Shown in pieces: positions 37,501 through 47,250 of a stretch of DNA of 64,000 nucleotides. The DNA is from a virus (taxonomy: Duplodnaviria > Heunggongvirae > Uroviricota > Caudoviricetes), in IMG/VR virus record IMGVR_UViG_3300010403_000021, positions 64,001 to 128,000 of that record; one strand, 5' to 3'. Under the pieces are notes generated by a model that saw nothing but the letters and a program-made list of their open reading frames with translations, was not told the DNA's origin and did not search any database. Position 1 is the first letter of the stretch. The number at the start of each line of letters is the position of its first letter. The position numbers and the translations under genes are program-made.

Positions 37501-38375
37501 GTAAAACATGGCTTATGGAAGATATAGCTAAAGGTAAGCTTGCTAGTATGGCTAAAATAAGATATACAAGCTCAGAAGACCTATCATTATGTTTTGAATA
37601 TACTAATATTGGAGCATTACCTTATTTTGGATACAGAAATATCTATCCGCAAGATTATTCTTATTACAATAAGACCAAGGGTGCATATTTCGCTACTAGA
37701 TTCCAGAATATAGTAGTAAATAAAGATTCAAATTATGATAACACTGGAAATATAATTATTGCCAACAGTGAAACAGATCAATCTATTTTCTTCGATGATT
37801 TTGGATCTATCATTAGAGAGATTAGAGACTTCGATGTTGAATTATCAGCGGCACCATCAAAGGGTACTAGTGTTTTCAGTAGTAATCCTGGCGTTGTTGT
37901 AACAAAGTTTTCTTATAATCCTCAAAGAGGAATCTTTACTCTTGCCAATGCATCACATGAGAATGAGATTGTCAACGGTACGGAACAAGTAGATAGTTCT
38001 AATACAATTGATCATACTTTGCTACTTTATGGTTATATCATCATTGAAAAGGAAGAGAAAACAAAAGAAGTCAAGAATGATGATTCTATTAGAAAGCATG
38101 GTTCAAGACCAGCAGACTTCGATGCATATTGGATCAATGGTGATGAAGAAGCGGATGCATTAGCTGCTTGGATTTCAACTCATTGGGCTGATCCTATGGC
38201 AACAATTGAAGTAAAAACATTTGGTGATATTTATGTTCAAATAGGTGATAAGTCAAAAATTATCTATTCAGATTCACAAATTAAACCAGAATGGCTTTAT
38301 ATTGTAACTGCTATGACTAGAGAATTTGACAGCAGCGGTCTTTCAACAAGTCTAACTCTTCGTAGAGTTAGATAA
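34572..38375 (+). CDS. Minor tail / baseplate hub protein
   Basis: 1267 aa; 'IRYFWTD', 'FSDEFGKL'; position. Confidence 0.75.
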   Translation: MQQLDSQLMTALDTDYQIGGKAIVIAEWNFNRIVKTTVTNTIDDVDFKPWPYSKIHFPVSSITEGFRPDAGMVFGFTGTAIPISNAELAPGGQRFYVASKTTPYKYWISPSKSISNINQDTVSTGELNFAISNADLIVEYDTPIKVNKVKVVFTGDTRPVIWRVSIFDQNLNDWVLISTSPTVDAITGRAELWWNGSAWVQTQQLDDSLYKTIKKVKVEFDSVNAPAERLHVIEIAGMREIDMSARLQNYNINSSMDNVDYIHPVGQMNSNDGSLVIDNRDLAIEVADPTVDFYGLTDGWCEYRTYVKYDMSKYLVDDEYVRTGTMFSNGWAQENPYEYSIELFDIVKILQTIKCPAVLVENKSIGRIMSMILDLVGIDRYEIDFQDFDQTSNIRYFWTDGKESVYEVLNRICESHQCAIFSDEFGKLQLLTRNQIANDIDTEDFILRGEDVIVGPTTLISNFSQLRKRYDLAVNDIEIKYKRRQANVDDLDITGKVLTSKVWDTSDSIVMKASPLRIKVDKTAIPGVEVDHDTPCDVFMNDKDIETWPYKGSFSLDGEIFNYDGKGYAVIDYGTNTWAEWIIKSNDEKKAYDKQTYDSYQPVGGPSGGASGQPINAPVPAGLYQNKLTGRLRVTARGVDETVPATHTNNWVDGWLPLRAWRYEGTGVGYIDYGGSGITLANVADWRNKPNWKRTQSRWTVENSKAICDHSEQTNISDKFGFLIRDLGDVEFREFGTRIKFNTGGTAGIVFCITDQDGYTQDDPSLEDPTDAHRYYILSVITSEDVDAAGRVNNEINIDVKNGDDFTPLEPMNTKIADGGGKMQIDKGKWYDIEIVYHDNMMNDRRGSGKIEVFVDGQYIDTWETDDVIRPTNYAGVHCRYSTIAEFEYFYATTTSGRAAPRWRNDETFGMNIINLPPGTDVSTIVNFGSDGAWPGRVAMSAASLATTSSLSSVKIFGKGNAQLAELGPVTLKGDTRKTWLMEDIAKGKLASMAKIRYTSSEDLSLCFEYTNIGALPYFGYRNIYPQDYSYYNKTKGAYFATRFQNIVVNKDSNYDNTGNIIIANSETDQSIFFDDFGSIIREIRDFDVELSAAPSKGTSVFSSNPGVVVTKFSYNPQRGIFTLANASHENEIVNGTEQVDSSNTIDHTLLLYGYIIIEKEEKTKEVKNDDSIRKHGSRPADFDAYWINGDEEADALAAWISTHWADPMATIEVKTFGDIYVQIGDKSKIIYSDSQIKPEWLYIVTAMTREFDSSGLSTSLTLRRVR

Positions 38376-38411
38376 GTTGGCCGTGACAACTATATGTGAT
38401 AAAATGTAGCA

Positions 38412-38780
38412 ATGGAGCAAATTAAATCAGATCAGATTGTACCTAATAAGGTTGCAGACAATACAATCAATTCTATTCCAAGAGATTTAGGTCAAGAAGT
38501 TGGAGACAGAAGAAAAAAGCCTTTGGGTTTAATTGTCGCAGATGGCCCCGGTGGATCAACATCTAATCCTGATGCAATTTCTCCAGTAAATGATTCAGTT
38601 GAAGTATTAAATCCGGCATCTAAGCTTCCGGCTACTCCGCAACTTATTGCTATTAAAAGTCAGACAGTCAATATAAAACCAGATGGAACAGCAGCGGTTG
38701 ATATTATTATTGAAGTAGAAGATGTAAGAAATGCCGTAGAATATGAAGTGAGGATAACTAAAGGTGCAGGGAACCTATAA
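38412..38780 (+). CDS. Minor tail-associated protein
   Basis: Leaderless TG-TAAAAT promoter; position. Confidence 0.6.
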   Translation: MEQIKSDQIVPNKVADNTINSIPRDLGQEVGDRRKKPLGLIVADGPGGSTSNPDAISPVNDSVEVLNPASKLPATPQLIAIKSQTVNIKPDGTAAVDIIIEVEDVRNAVEYEVRITKGAGNL

Positions 38781-39645
38781 TTTATATCTAGACGGAGATC
38801 TAGTAGCGTGTTATAAAAATCTGATAACCAATCAAGGCAAGTCTAGAATAAGACAAATGTTGGCAGGTAATGTCAATAGTTTTGCGTCTTCTATCCTTGT
38901 GGGTATTGGTGAAGATGTAGCAAATGTTAATGATACAAAACTAACATTTGCAGTCGATGGCGCTAATATTTCAGGTACTATGGTTGACGATGTCAATAAT
39001 GGTATTTATTTTAAAACTTCACTTCCAGTAAGAGGACAATATGTAATTTATGAACTTGGCTGCTTTGCTGCAAATAGTGTAACTTCTCAACAAATTATGC
39101 AGAATGCACTGTTGATGTCCTTTGGAGATTCTCCAGGCTGGGCGTCTAGTGTAGGCTCACATACTTTAGATGATACATTTACCAGAATAGGTATTAATTC
39201 ATTGCATTATAATATCCTGGCCAGCGCAACAGCCAAAGGTGCCACTCCTATGTTGATCAATCTTGATCAACTAGATGCCTTGACTATCTTCTCTTTTGCA
39301 TTTTATGCTTCTAATATTAATTCAATTAAGCTAAGATTCAAGAATTCAGATACCGATTATTACGAACGTGTGATCAGTTCCATCTTGGATGAAGATTATA
39401 ATATATCTACTTTTACAAAAGGTAGTTTTACTGCAACCGGTTCCCCTACATGGTCAAACATAATTTCAATGGAAGTTGAAATAGAAGCCCAGGCATCAAA
39501 TGGCTTCATTGATTTAGATGGTCTGCGTTATGATTCAGCAGGACAGAGTAATCTTTTGCTTAGTAGAGCATTGGCGGCAGACCCAACAATTAAACCAGTA
39601 GGGTCAACTTTGGATATAGAATATATTCTTGAGGGTGTTGTCTGA
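38764..39645 (+). CDS. Minor tail protein
   Basis: 'NLITNQGK..I...LAG', 'IYELG', 'LDIEY'. Confidence 0.65.
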   Translation: MQGTYNLYLDGDLVACYKNLITNQGKSRIRQMLAGNVNSFASSILVGIGEDVANVNDTKLTFAVDGANISGTMVDDVNNGIYFKTSLPVRGQYVIYELGCFAANSVTSQQIMQNALLMSFGDSPGWASSVGSHTLDDTFTRIGINSLHYNILASATAKGATPMLINLDQLDALTIFSFAFYASNINSIKLRFKNSDTDYYERVISSILDEDYNISTFTKGSFTATGSPTWSNIISMEVEIEAQASNGFIDLDGLRYDSAGQSNLLLSRALAADPTIKPVGSTLDIEYILEGVV

Positions 39646-42600
39646 TGGAAATTATGCTTAAAGATCTAAGTCCTGGTGAAGAATATACCATTCAACTTAG
39701 AGCAAAGAATCAATCAGGATCATCACCTTGGTCAAGATCATATAAGATTCAAGCTACCAGTGATACATTCGCGCCAGGTCCAGTAACAGGTCTTACTTGG
39801 ATTTCTTCGGGAACTTCATTTGTTGGCACGTGGGTAAAGCCTGCCCTTGATTCAAATGGACTTCCACTAAAAGACTTTAAAGATTATAAGATTACATTAA
39901 CTGCTGGTATTAAATCAGTGGTTTATTATGTTACGCAAGAAAGATTCGATCTTTCATTTGAAGCTAATGTGGGAGCATTTACTGATCCAGAGCCTACTGT
40001 TACATTAAAAGTTGAAGTAAGAGATCAGGTTGGTAATATATCAACACCTGTTTCATTAAGTGCTTCAAATCCCGTTCCACCTAATATCAGTAACTTTACT
40101 GCAACAGCAAAACCAAACTCAATCTCATTGATGTGGGATTCTGTAGATGTCGATGACTTAAAGCAATATGAAGTTCATATGTCAACATCTGGATCTGGGT
40201 TTACACCAACTTCAGGCAATCTTGTATTCAGCGGTTTATCAACTGCTTTTCTATTTCCATCATCAAATCAGATACTTCATTATTTCAAGATCAGAGCTGT
40301 TGATATTTATGGTCAGGGTTCATTGGCATATGCTACAGATAGTGCAATTCCGGATCTTCCAACTGGCCTGGACACATCACCCCCAGATGATCCAACTGGT
40401 GTGGTAGTATCAACCACGGCCGGTGAAGCAGGAGAGTCACAGCTCACTGTCTCATGGACTGCTGTAACTAGTCCCAATCTACGCTACTATGTGGTACGAT
40501 GGAGTACGGACGAGGTCACATGGCAGTTTATTAACGTACCATCGGATAAGACCAGCACTATAATAACTGGTCTGAAATCATCAACTGACTACTATGTAGC
40601 AGTGGCTTCAGTATCTCAAGTAAACAGTATCTCTGACTACATAAACGCCACTCCTTATCCAATCACAGCAGCGGTTGATAATACTGCTCCGTCTCGACCA
40701 GCACCAGCAACAGTTTCCGTTGGCCCCTTGATGGCTTTGGTTGGTCACGATATGACTAAAAATTCCGGCGGTAATCTGGAAAGTGATGTTGCTTATCTAG
40801 AAGTACATGCATCAACAACAACGGGTTTTACAACAAGCACAGCAACTTTGAGAGGAACTATTCAAAGTGCTGGTGATGGTATTCCGGTTCAAGGTGCATT
40901 TACTTTTACAGATCTTTCAACAACACCAAGTAGTGTGTATTGGAGAGTTGTGGCCGTTGACACATCAGAGAATAAATCTGTTGGATCTTTTGAGGTCACA
41001 GGAACACCTGGTCTACTAAGCGGTGTCAATATCCTTGATGCCTCTATTTTGAATGCAAAGATTCAGGATCTTAGCGCAGCCAAGATTATTGCTGGCACTG
41101 CATTTATTAATGATTTGTACATCAGATCTGAGCTTACAATGGATGATACTGATGGAATCATTAAAACATCAGATTATAACGCCGGTACAAAAACAGGGTG
41201 GAAATTAGATAAACAAGGCATTACTTTATACGATGGTATCGTAGCAGCTAAAGCTTTGGATATTCAAGATTCAGCAAATATAGCACCACCACAGTTTGCC
41301 GATTTCGAATTCGATTCAGATTTTTATCATGATGGTGCAAATATTGCCAATCCAACCAATCTAACTGCTACTAGTGGTATGAATTTGGTTATTCAGAATG
41401 TCAGTTTTAAAACTGGTAATCAAGCATTAAGATTACATAATGCTGCTATTACACCAACTACAAAGCATACATTGGTGTTCTCAAGAGATGGATTAACTAA
41501 TGTTGACATGAATGTCAACGTAGACCCAGGTGATTATATATTTTCTATCTGGGCTAAATCCAATGGAGCCATTGACCAAGATATTGCCTTTGGTCTATAT
41601 ACTGATGCCAGTGGAACTGTAACAAGTTCTACTATCAATGTGACAAGCACTGCTTTCACTAGATACAGTGCTAAATTAACTGTGCCATCTGGTGTATCAA
41701 GAATCAAGCTTTTCATTAAAGTTGGTCCTATGGCTTCCGAAGTTGGTTATGATATTGTTATTGATTCACTTCAGTTTGAAAGAAAAATAGCTGCTTCAGA
41801 TTCTCCTTCTGCCTGGACATCACCATCACGAACAACAATTGATGGTGGTTCTATTGTTACCGGTTCAATTAGAAGTTCAGCTCCTTCTACTACTGTTCCA
41901 ACAGAACCAGCTTGGTCTCTTAATACGACCGGTGGAATGCAGGTTGGTGATGCTTTGGTAAGAGGTACATTAGTAGTCGGTAACCCATTATCCTATATCA
42001 ATCTAGTACCTGATGAATATTCATCAATTGAAATGCCAGAAGCATTCTATAATGATGGTACTGGTCTGGCTAACCCTAATAATATCTTTATTGATGATAG
42101 CTGTGTTGTACAGGTTCAAAATTCTGGTGCTATGTTTGGTAGTCAAGCACTAAGAATTCAGAACTCGACTCATGTTGCCGCAGATCCAATAGGTTTGTTT
42201 ATGGGTAATATAGTCGGAGTGGGTAACGTTGCATTAAAGCCATTGACAACATATATACTTTCTGCATATGTAAAATCTGGTAACGTAGCAATGAATCAAG
42301 AGGCTGGTGTCGGAGTATTAGCAAATGATGGAAACTGGTATATTGGTTTGGCCGGGGACAGACAAAATATTACATCAACTTCTTACACTCGCGTATTTAG
42401 ATCATTTACCACAACATCAGGTATAACTGCCGCTCAATTTGCATTCTATTTGGCACCAACAGGATCTGATGTTGGTTTTGATATGATTGTTGACGGACTA
42501 ATGATTGAAGAAGCTGCCGTTGGTCAAACTACACCAAGTACTTTTTCACTTAATGGAGATTCAACATCATATGTAAAATCAGCCGGATATCAAGAAGGAC

Positions 42601-44552
42601 TATCAGGATGGATCATCAATTCTGATGGCTCAGTAGAATTCAACAATGGTTTGTTCAGAGGTTCACTTGATATCTCACAAACTGTTGGTGGTTATACATA
42701 TAACATGAATCTACAAAATAAGATATCCAGATTCCAATATAGAGAAGATGGAAGCATTGCGTTAGTATCAGATACTAATATTTATGGTACAAATCCAACG
42801 ATGAGATATTCTGGTTATGCACAGCAGTATGTAAAAGGTGCTGATGGTAACTTGGTGCTTGACAGAAACAGTCAAGTGCAGGCAGCTACAAGATTAACAC
42901 CAGCCGGACAATATCAGATTATCTTTGATCCTACTAATACTGAAGATATTTATAATGTCGACGGTAATTCACTATACGCTGTTGATGGTAATAGAAAGAA
43001 CATTAACTATTCATTTGCTAATAGTTTCTGGGGAACAAGACGTGCAGGTACATCTCAAAGTAGACGTGCAAATATTGAGCATACAACTCGTTCATTTATG
43101 GAGAATACATCACCTGGTGCTATTCTTCCTAAATTAAGAAGCTATTCAACATTGATGCAAGAGTCATCTGCTGAGACTGGTCTTTGGTATGATATTAAGA
43201 ACTATACTTCAGCAGCAGCCGGTGGAACAAATAATTTTATATCAGGAAATAAGATAAAAGATTATTTCGATTCATTTGATAATGGTGGAGGTCTTTCATA
43301 CTATAGTTCAAATTCAATTCAGAATAGATTTACATTTACTTCTATTCAGACAAATACTTGGGCTGCCGGTAGAAGAGATCTCAACTCATTGAAGCTTACT
43401 ATTGCATCAGGTACTGGTAATCCAACTATTTACTTTGCTACTACTGGGGTGTATGATACGACAGTTGTACCAGGACAATATAACATTGTAGCTGGTTGGT
43501 TTGCGACGTCACAGGCTAATCTACAGGTAAGAGGTCTGATCAAGACTTCAGATGGTGTAGTATATGCTGGTGACTGGCAGTACATCAATAAGACTGCTTC
43601 ATTAATTAGTGGTCAGCTTGTCGACTATCCATATGCTTATGGATACAGCACATCTATTAGTTTGCCTGCTCTTGCGCCAACCGGTGCACAAATTGGTTTT
43701 GAATTCCAAACCGGTACAAATGGTCAAACGGTTAATATAACTGCTGTAACATATGCAGATGCTATGTCAGATGTAGATAGATTAAGATTCTCAGAAGTTG
43801 GAAGAACTGAAACATATTCTGGTGTTGCAACAATGCAAACCAACTTTGAACCATATCCTAATTTCTATGAATATGTTTCAGCCTCTTCTGGTCCAATTGC
43901 AGATCCTAGCGGCTGGGATAGTTTTGTAGCGCACCAAAGAGTAAAGGCAGAACTCATTGTTGAGTTCCTTGATGCATCAGGATATGGAATTCATAATGTT
44001 GCTCTTACAAGAGCAGGATGGCAAGAGGGAACAATTCAAGATCCACATATGCCTAATGGTTTTGCAAGGGTTTGTCCAGGTACACCGGGCAGTCTAGCCA
44101 GCAACGTCGAAGTTGGTTTCATTAATATGGACTATGCTACGATGAAACCATCGACCAGCCCTAATTTAAACAAGGCTGTTCTTTATGATGAAAATGGTAC
44201 AATTTGGACATCTACTTCAGCAATAACTGGTGTAGAAACTGCTTGGCCTGTTGAGGTTTATACGGCGACTAGGGCCGGTGTATATTTAATGAGTGCAGCG
44301 GCCAATGTAGATAAAATCCTTGACGAGGAAGTATATATTGAACTTCGTAAGCTTCCAGTTGGAACTAATCCACCATCACCCGGAACAACTATAGCAAGAC
44401 ATCAGTTCCCATTAGCCGATACGTATGGTATTCTTACAATACCAGTTTCGGCATCAGTAGGAGAAAGATTCTACTTTGTTTTGGGATCTCATACGCTGGC
44501 AGCAAACAGAGATATCTCAGATATGCGTATTACATTTGCACAAATATTATAA
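39645..44552 (+). CDS. Tail fibre / receptor-binding protein with FN3 repeats and two CBM-like modules
   Basis: N-terminal FN3-type repeats (PGPVT.LTW, PPDDPTGV..S); 'YIFSIWAKS' and 'YILSAYVKS' CBM4_9-like segments. Confidence 0.8.
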   Translation: MEIMLKDLSPGEEYTIQLRAKNQSGSSPWSRSYKIQATSDTFAPGPVTGLTWISSGTSFVGTWVKPALDSNGLPLKDFKDYKITLTAGIKSVVYYVTQERFDLSFEANVGAFTDPEPTVTLKVEVRDQVGNISTPVSLSASNPVPPNISNFTATAKPNSISLMWDSVDVDDLKQYEVHMSTSGSGFTPTSGNLVFSGLSTAFLFPSSNQILHYFKIRAVDIYGQGSLAYATDSAIPDLPTGLDTSPPDDPTGVVVSTTAGEAGESQLTVSWTAVTSPNLRYYVVRWSTDEVTWQFINVPSDKTSTIITGLKSSTDYYVAVASVSQVNSISDYINATPYPITAAVDNTAPSRPAPATVSVGPLMALVGHDMTKNSGGNLESDVAYLEVHASTTTGFTTSTATLRGTIQSAGDGIPVQGAFTFTDLSTTPSSVYWRVVAVDTSENKSVGSFEVTGTPGLLSGVNILDASILNAKIQDLSAAKIIAGTAFINDLYIRSELTMDDTDGIIKTSDYNAGTKTGWKLDKQGITLYDGIVAAKALDIQDSANIAPPQFADFEFDSDFYHDGANIANPTNLTATSGMNLVIQNVSFKTGNQALRLHNAAITPTTKHTLVFSRDGLTNVDMNVNVDPGDYIFSIWAKSNGAIDQDIAFGLYTDASGTVTSSTINVTSTAFTRYSAKLTVPSGVSRIKLFIKVGPMASEVGYDIVIDSLQFERKIAASDSPSAWTSPSRTTIDGGSIVTGSIRSSAPSTTVPTEPAWSLNTTGGMQVGDALVRGTLVVGNPLSYINLVPDEYSSIEMPEAFYNDGTGLANPNNIFIDDSCVVQVQNSGAMFGSQALRIQNSTHVAADPIGLFMGNIVGVGNVALKPLTTYILSAYVKSGNVAMNQEAGVGVLANDGNWYIGLAGDRQNITSTSYTRVFRSFTTTSGITAAQFAFYLAPTGSDVGFDMIVDGLMIEEAAVGQTTPSTFSLNGDSTSYVKSAGYQEGLSGWIINSDGSVEFNNGLFRGSLDISQTVGGYTYNMNLQNKISRFQYREDGSIALVSDTNIYGTNPTMRYSGYAQQYVKGADGNLVLDRNSQVQAATRLTPAGQYQIIFDPTNTEDIYNVDGNSLYAVDGNRKNINYSFANSFWGTRRAGTSQSRRANIEHTTRSFMENTSPGAILPKLRSYSTLMQESSAETGLWYDIKNYTSAAAGGTNNFISGNKIKDYFDSFDNGGGLSYYSSNSIQNRFTFTSIQTNTWAAGRRDLNSLKLTIASGTGNPTIYFATTGVYDTTVVPGQYNIVAGWFATSQANLQVRGLIKTSDGVVYAGDWQYINKTASLISGQLVDYPYAYGYSTSISLPALAPTGAQIGFEFQTGTNGQTVNITAVTYADAMSDVDRLRFSEVGRTETYSGVATMQTNFEPYPNFYEYVSASSGPIADPSGWDSFVAHQRVKAELIVEFLDASGYGIHNVALTRAGWQEGTIQDPHMPNGFARVCPGTPGSLASNVEVGFINMDYATMKPSTSPNLNKAVLYDENGTIWTSTSAITGVETAWPVEVYTATRAGVYLMSAAANVDKILDEEVYIELRKLPVGTNPPSPGTTIARHQFPLADTYGILTIPVSASVGERFYFVLGSHTLAANRDISDMRITFAQIL

Positions 44553-44562
44553 GGAGTAAGAA

Positions 44563-44775
44563 ATGAATCAAGAAGAACATTTTAAAAATATTATAGATGA
44601 TCTAAGAGCACAACTATCAGAAAAATCTTTGGAATTAGCTGTTGCAAGATCATTAGGTAATGATTGGAAAAATGAAGCAGAAAAACTACAAAAGGAATTA
44701 AATAATGTTCAAAACACGCCGGAAAGACCAGTCGAACAAGAACCAACAGTTCATGTGGTCACCACCAAGCAATAA
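44563..44775 (+). CDS. Small coiled-coil protein
   Basis: AAGGAG RBS; heptad pattern. Confidence 0.7.
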   Translation: MNQEEHFKNIIDDLRAQLSEKSLELAVARSLGNDWKNEAEKLQKELNNVQNTPERPVEQEPTVHVVTTKQ

Positions 44776-45163
44776 AGTAAAATATCCAAGATGGACTTTT
44801 GTATTTCTTCCAGAAGAAGATAAATATTATTTAATTTGGGATACAACAAAATTAGCTTTTATTTCTCAAAGAGCATTTAGAAGTTGGAATAGAATTCCAG
44901 TAAGAGTATCAAAGGAAAGTATTTCTGGATATAAGACTTGGAAACAAATAGGTTTTGCACCAGGATCAATAATTGAATCAATTGTAGATGGTAAGAGATA
45001 TTTTATTACTGGACAATTATTTGAAGAAGAAAAAAGACTAATCACAACGCCAGATTTCTATCAGGTATTAGGATTTAATCCGGGGCTTGCATCAAAAGTT
45101 TCACAGTCTGAACTAGATTTTCATAATGAAGGGAGTAATATAGATGACATCAGATTTATATGA
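44753..45163 (+). CDS. Conserved hypothetical protein
   Basis: Start re-set to MWSPP; 'IGFAPGSII...DGKRYFI'. Confidence 0.6.
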   Translation: MWSPPSNKVKYPRWTFVFLPEEDKYYLIWDTTKLAFISQRAFRSWNRIPVRVSKESISGYKTWKQIGFAPGSIIESIVDGKRYFITGQLFEEEKRLITTPDFYQVLGFNPGLASKVSQSELDFHNEGSNIDDIRFI

Positions 45164-45581
45164 ACACGTTAGCTGGGGAGATGGACCTATTGATGTAGAA
45201 TTTCTACAGAAAATGGCATCGAACTCAGATTATCTGTATGAACATCAGTTCAATGGGTATTTCAACATGCTCGGAATCGTCAGAGAAACAGGGTTGACGT
45301 TCAGAATCGGACATGCTAAGCTAATCAACACAGAAGACCAACAGCAAGTAGCCAATGTCTATTTCAACAGACCATTTTTGCCGGGTATGAGACCGGCTGT
45401 ATTTATATCTGTACAGACAGATCAACATAATAGAGTATACATCGCTACACGTGGCCTTGATGGTAGAGCGATACCTGACCACCGTGGATTCCACTTGATA
45501 GCCTCCCAAGAGGAGACAGACGAGACAGAGTTCGCCGGTGAGCAGTATGTGAGCTACTTCGCCATCGCACCTTCGGGTTGA
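45144..45581 (+). CDS. Conserved hypothetical beta-sandwich protein (possible tail component)
   Basis: GGGAG RBS; 'VYFNRPF...RPAV', 'YFAIAP'. Confidence 0.6.
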   Translation: MTSDLYEHVSWGDGPIDVEFLQKMASNSDYLYEHQFNGYFNMLGIVRETGLTFRIGHAKLINTEDQQQVANVYFNRPFLPGMRPAVFISVQTDQHNRVYIATRGLDGRAIPDHRGFHLIASQEETDETEFAGEQYVSYFAIAPSG

Positions 45582-45608
45582 CAAGTCATGTGGAATGTGT
45601 GCTATGAT
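45578..45608 (+). promoter_or_regulatory. Promoter for the phosphoesterase / replication block
   Basis: TTGACA-19 nt-TATGAT with TG extension. Confidence 0.6.
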
Positions 45609-45652
45609 CCTACCAAGTCCCCAATCAAGGGGCAGACAGTTAAGGGCTTAAA

Positions 45653-46438
45653 TTGAGTAACGATTTACGCTGGCTTGTTATGTCAGATATTCATATTCCA
45701 TTACATTCAGAACGAATGCTGTCTATGATGTTCGATATCATTAAATGGTGGAAACCAGATGCTATCGATTTAGCCGGAGATATTGATGATGCCTGCGGTA
45801 CATCTCGTTGGGCAGATGGCAAGATTGACGAAGTGGATAATAATGTATTTGAAGATTCAGTTCTATTGAGACAATTCAGTGCTGATATTAGAAATGCTGC
45901 ACCTAAGGCTGATCTTCATTGGCATGATGGTAATCATGGTTGGACAAGACACGACAGTTATATTAAAACCAAAGCTAAGGCTTTGGACGGATTAATTACA
46001 CCAGATTCACTATATGATTTGAATAAAAATGGTTGGTCTTGGCATTCTTATCAAGGACCGCCGGTGCAAAGATTTGGTGATATGCATGTTCATCATGGAC
46101 TTGCTATTTCAAAGCACGGCGGGCAGAGTGTAAAACAAGATATGGAAGACTGGAATGTTTCCTTGATTAGAGGACACTCGCATAGACAAGCAAGCTTTGC
46201 CAAGTCAGTAGTTTTCACTGATCCAGATCAGACTACAACTCAACATCTAGAAGGTTATGAAATTGGACATCTGATGAATGTATCAGAGGCTAAATATGCA
46301 CCGACACATAACTGGCAACCAGGATTTGCTATTGCACATGTTGAAGAAGGTCAAAAGCCGCACGTACATCTAGTACCAATTCATATGACCGAACGTGGCT
46401 ACACATGTTATCTTGACGCTAAGAGATTTACTGCATGA
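45653..46438 (+). CDS. Calcineurin-like metallophosphoesterase
   Basis: 'SDIHIP', 'AGDIDD', 'DGNH', 'HHG', 'GHSHR' metal-binding motifs. Confidence 0.9.
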   Translation: MSNDLRWLVMSDIHIPLHSERMLSMMFDIIKWWKPDAIDLAGDIDDACGTSRWADGKIDEVDNNVFEDSVLLRQFSADIRNAAPKADLHWHDGNHGWTRHDSYIKTKAKALDGLITPDSLYDLNKNGWSWHSYQGPPVQRFGDMHVHHGLAISKHGGQSVKQDMEDWNVSLIRGHSHRQASFAKSVVFTDPDQTTTQHLEGYEIGHLMNVSEAKYAPTHNWQPGFAIAHVEEGQKPHVHLVPIHMTERGYTCYLDAKRFTA

Positions 46439-47250
46439 TAAAGTCATATGGTGTAAAGATATGGACTAACAGAGGGTGGCAATACGATAATGGGCTAATG
46501 GTAGGAGATAAAGTCATCTCCTACAACCCAAAGAGAAATTGTACCGAGTACGATACTATAAGACATATACAGACCGAGTACAAAACTCAACACTTTCTTG
46601 GAATGAAATTCAAGGGTCTAAATATTAATTTGACCAAAGATCATCCAGTAATTATTTACGATGAATCTATTAATCAGACAGAACGTAAGCCTATGGATGA
46701 TATTTTCATGACTAAATTTGCCAATAGAAAGGATGCTGTTCTTTATAACAGTTGGTTTGAGCCATATGATATAAATATAGATAATGATGATTTATTATGG
46801 TCAGCCCGATTAGCAGCAAGCTTTACTATTACAAAATATATTCCAGGTGAATACAGAGATCAAATTTGGAATGTTATAGAAAACATAAACGGTTATCAAG
46901 CTCAAGAGTGGATTAATGAACTATTGTCTTGGAATAAACAAGTGTCAGGTAGGCAATGGATGAAGTCAATACGCTTGTCTAACCGTGATGTGCGTGCTAT
47001 GATATTCCACGTCGGGGTGAAAGCGGGTCTTGGGGTGAAGTTCAGACCACCAAGTTTAATCATGAAAGATAGAACTTGGATTATATCTGTTGCTTCGACA
47101 TCACATGCCCTGCCAGATCCACGTAAAAGTTATTCTCAAATTAGAGAAACAACTCAATCTTTTAACATAGCCACCAGAAATGGAAGCGCTATGATGCAGT
47201 ATCAAGCAGGAACATTTCTTGTTGCCTGTGAAATTAAGGAGGATTTATAA
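46435..47250 (+). CDS. Free-standing intein-like (Hint plus degenerate LAGLIDADG-like) protein lacking splicing residues
   Basis: Block A-like 'KIWTNRGW...L.VGDKVISYN', block B 'LTKDHP', block F/G-like 'FNIATRNG...TFLVAC'. Confidence 0.7.
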   Translation: MIKSYGVKIWTNRGWQYDNGLMVGDKVISYNPKRNCTEYDTIRHIQTEYKTQHFLGMKFKGLNINLTKDHPVIIYDESINQTERKPMDDIFMTKFANRKDAVLYNSWFEPYDINIDNDDLLWSARLAASFTITKYIPGEYRDQIWNVIENINGYQAQEWINELLSWNKQVSGRQWMKSIRLSNRDVRAMIFHVGVKAGLGVKFRPPSLIMKDRTWIISVASTSHALPDPRKSYSQIRETTQSFNIATRNGSAMMQYQAGTFLVACEIKEDL

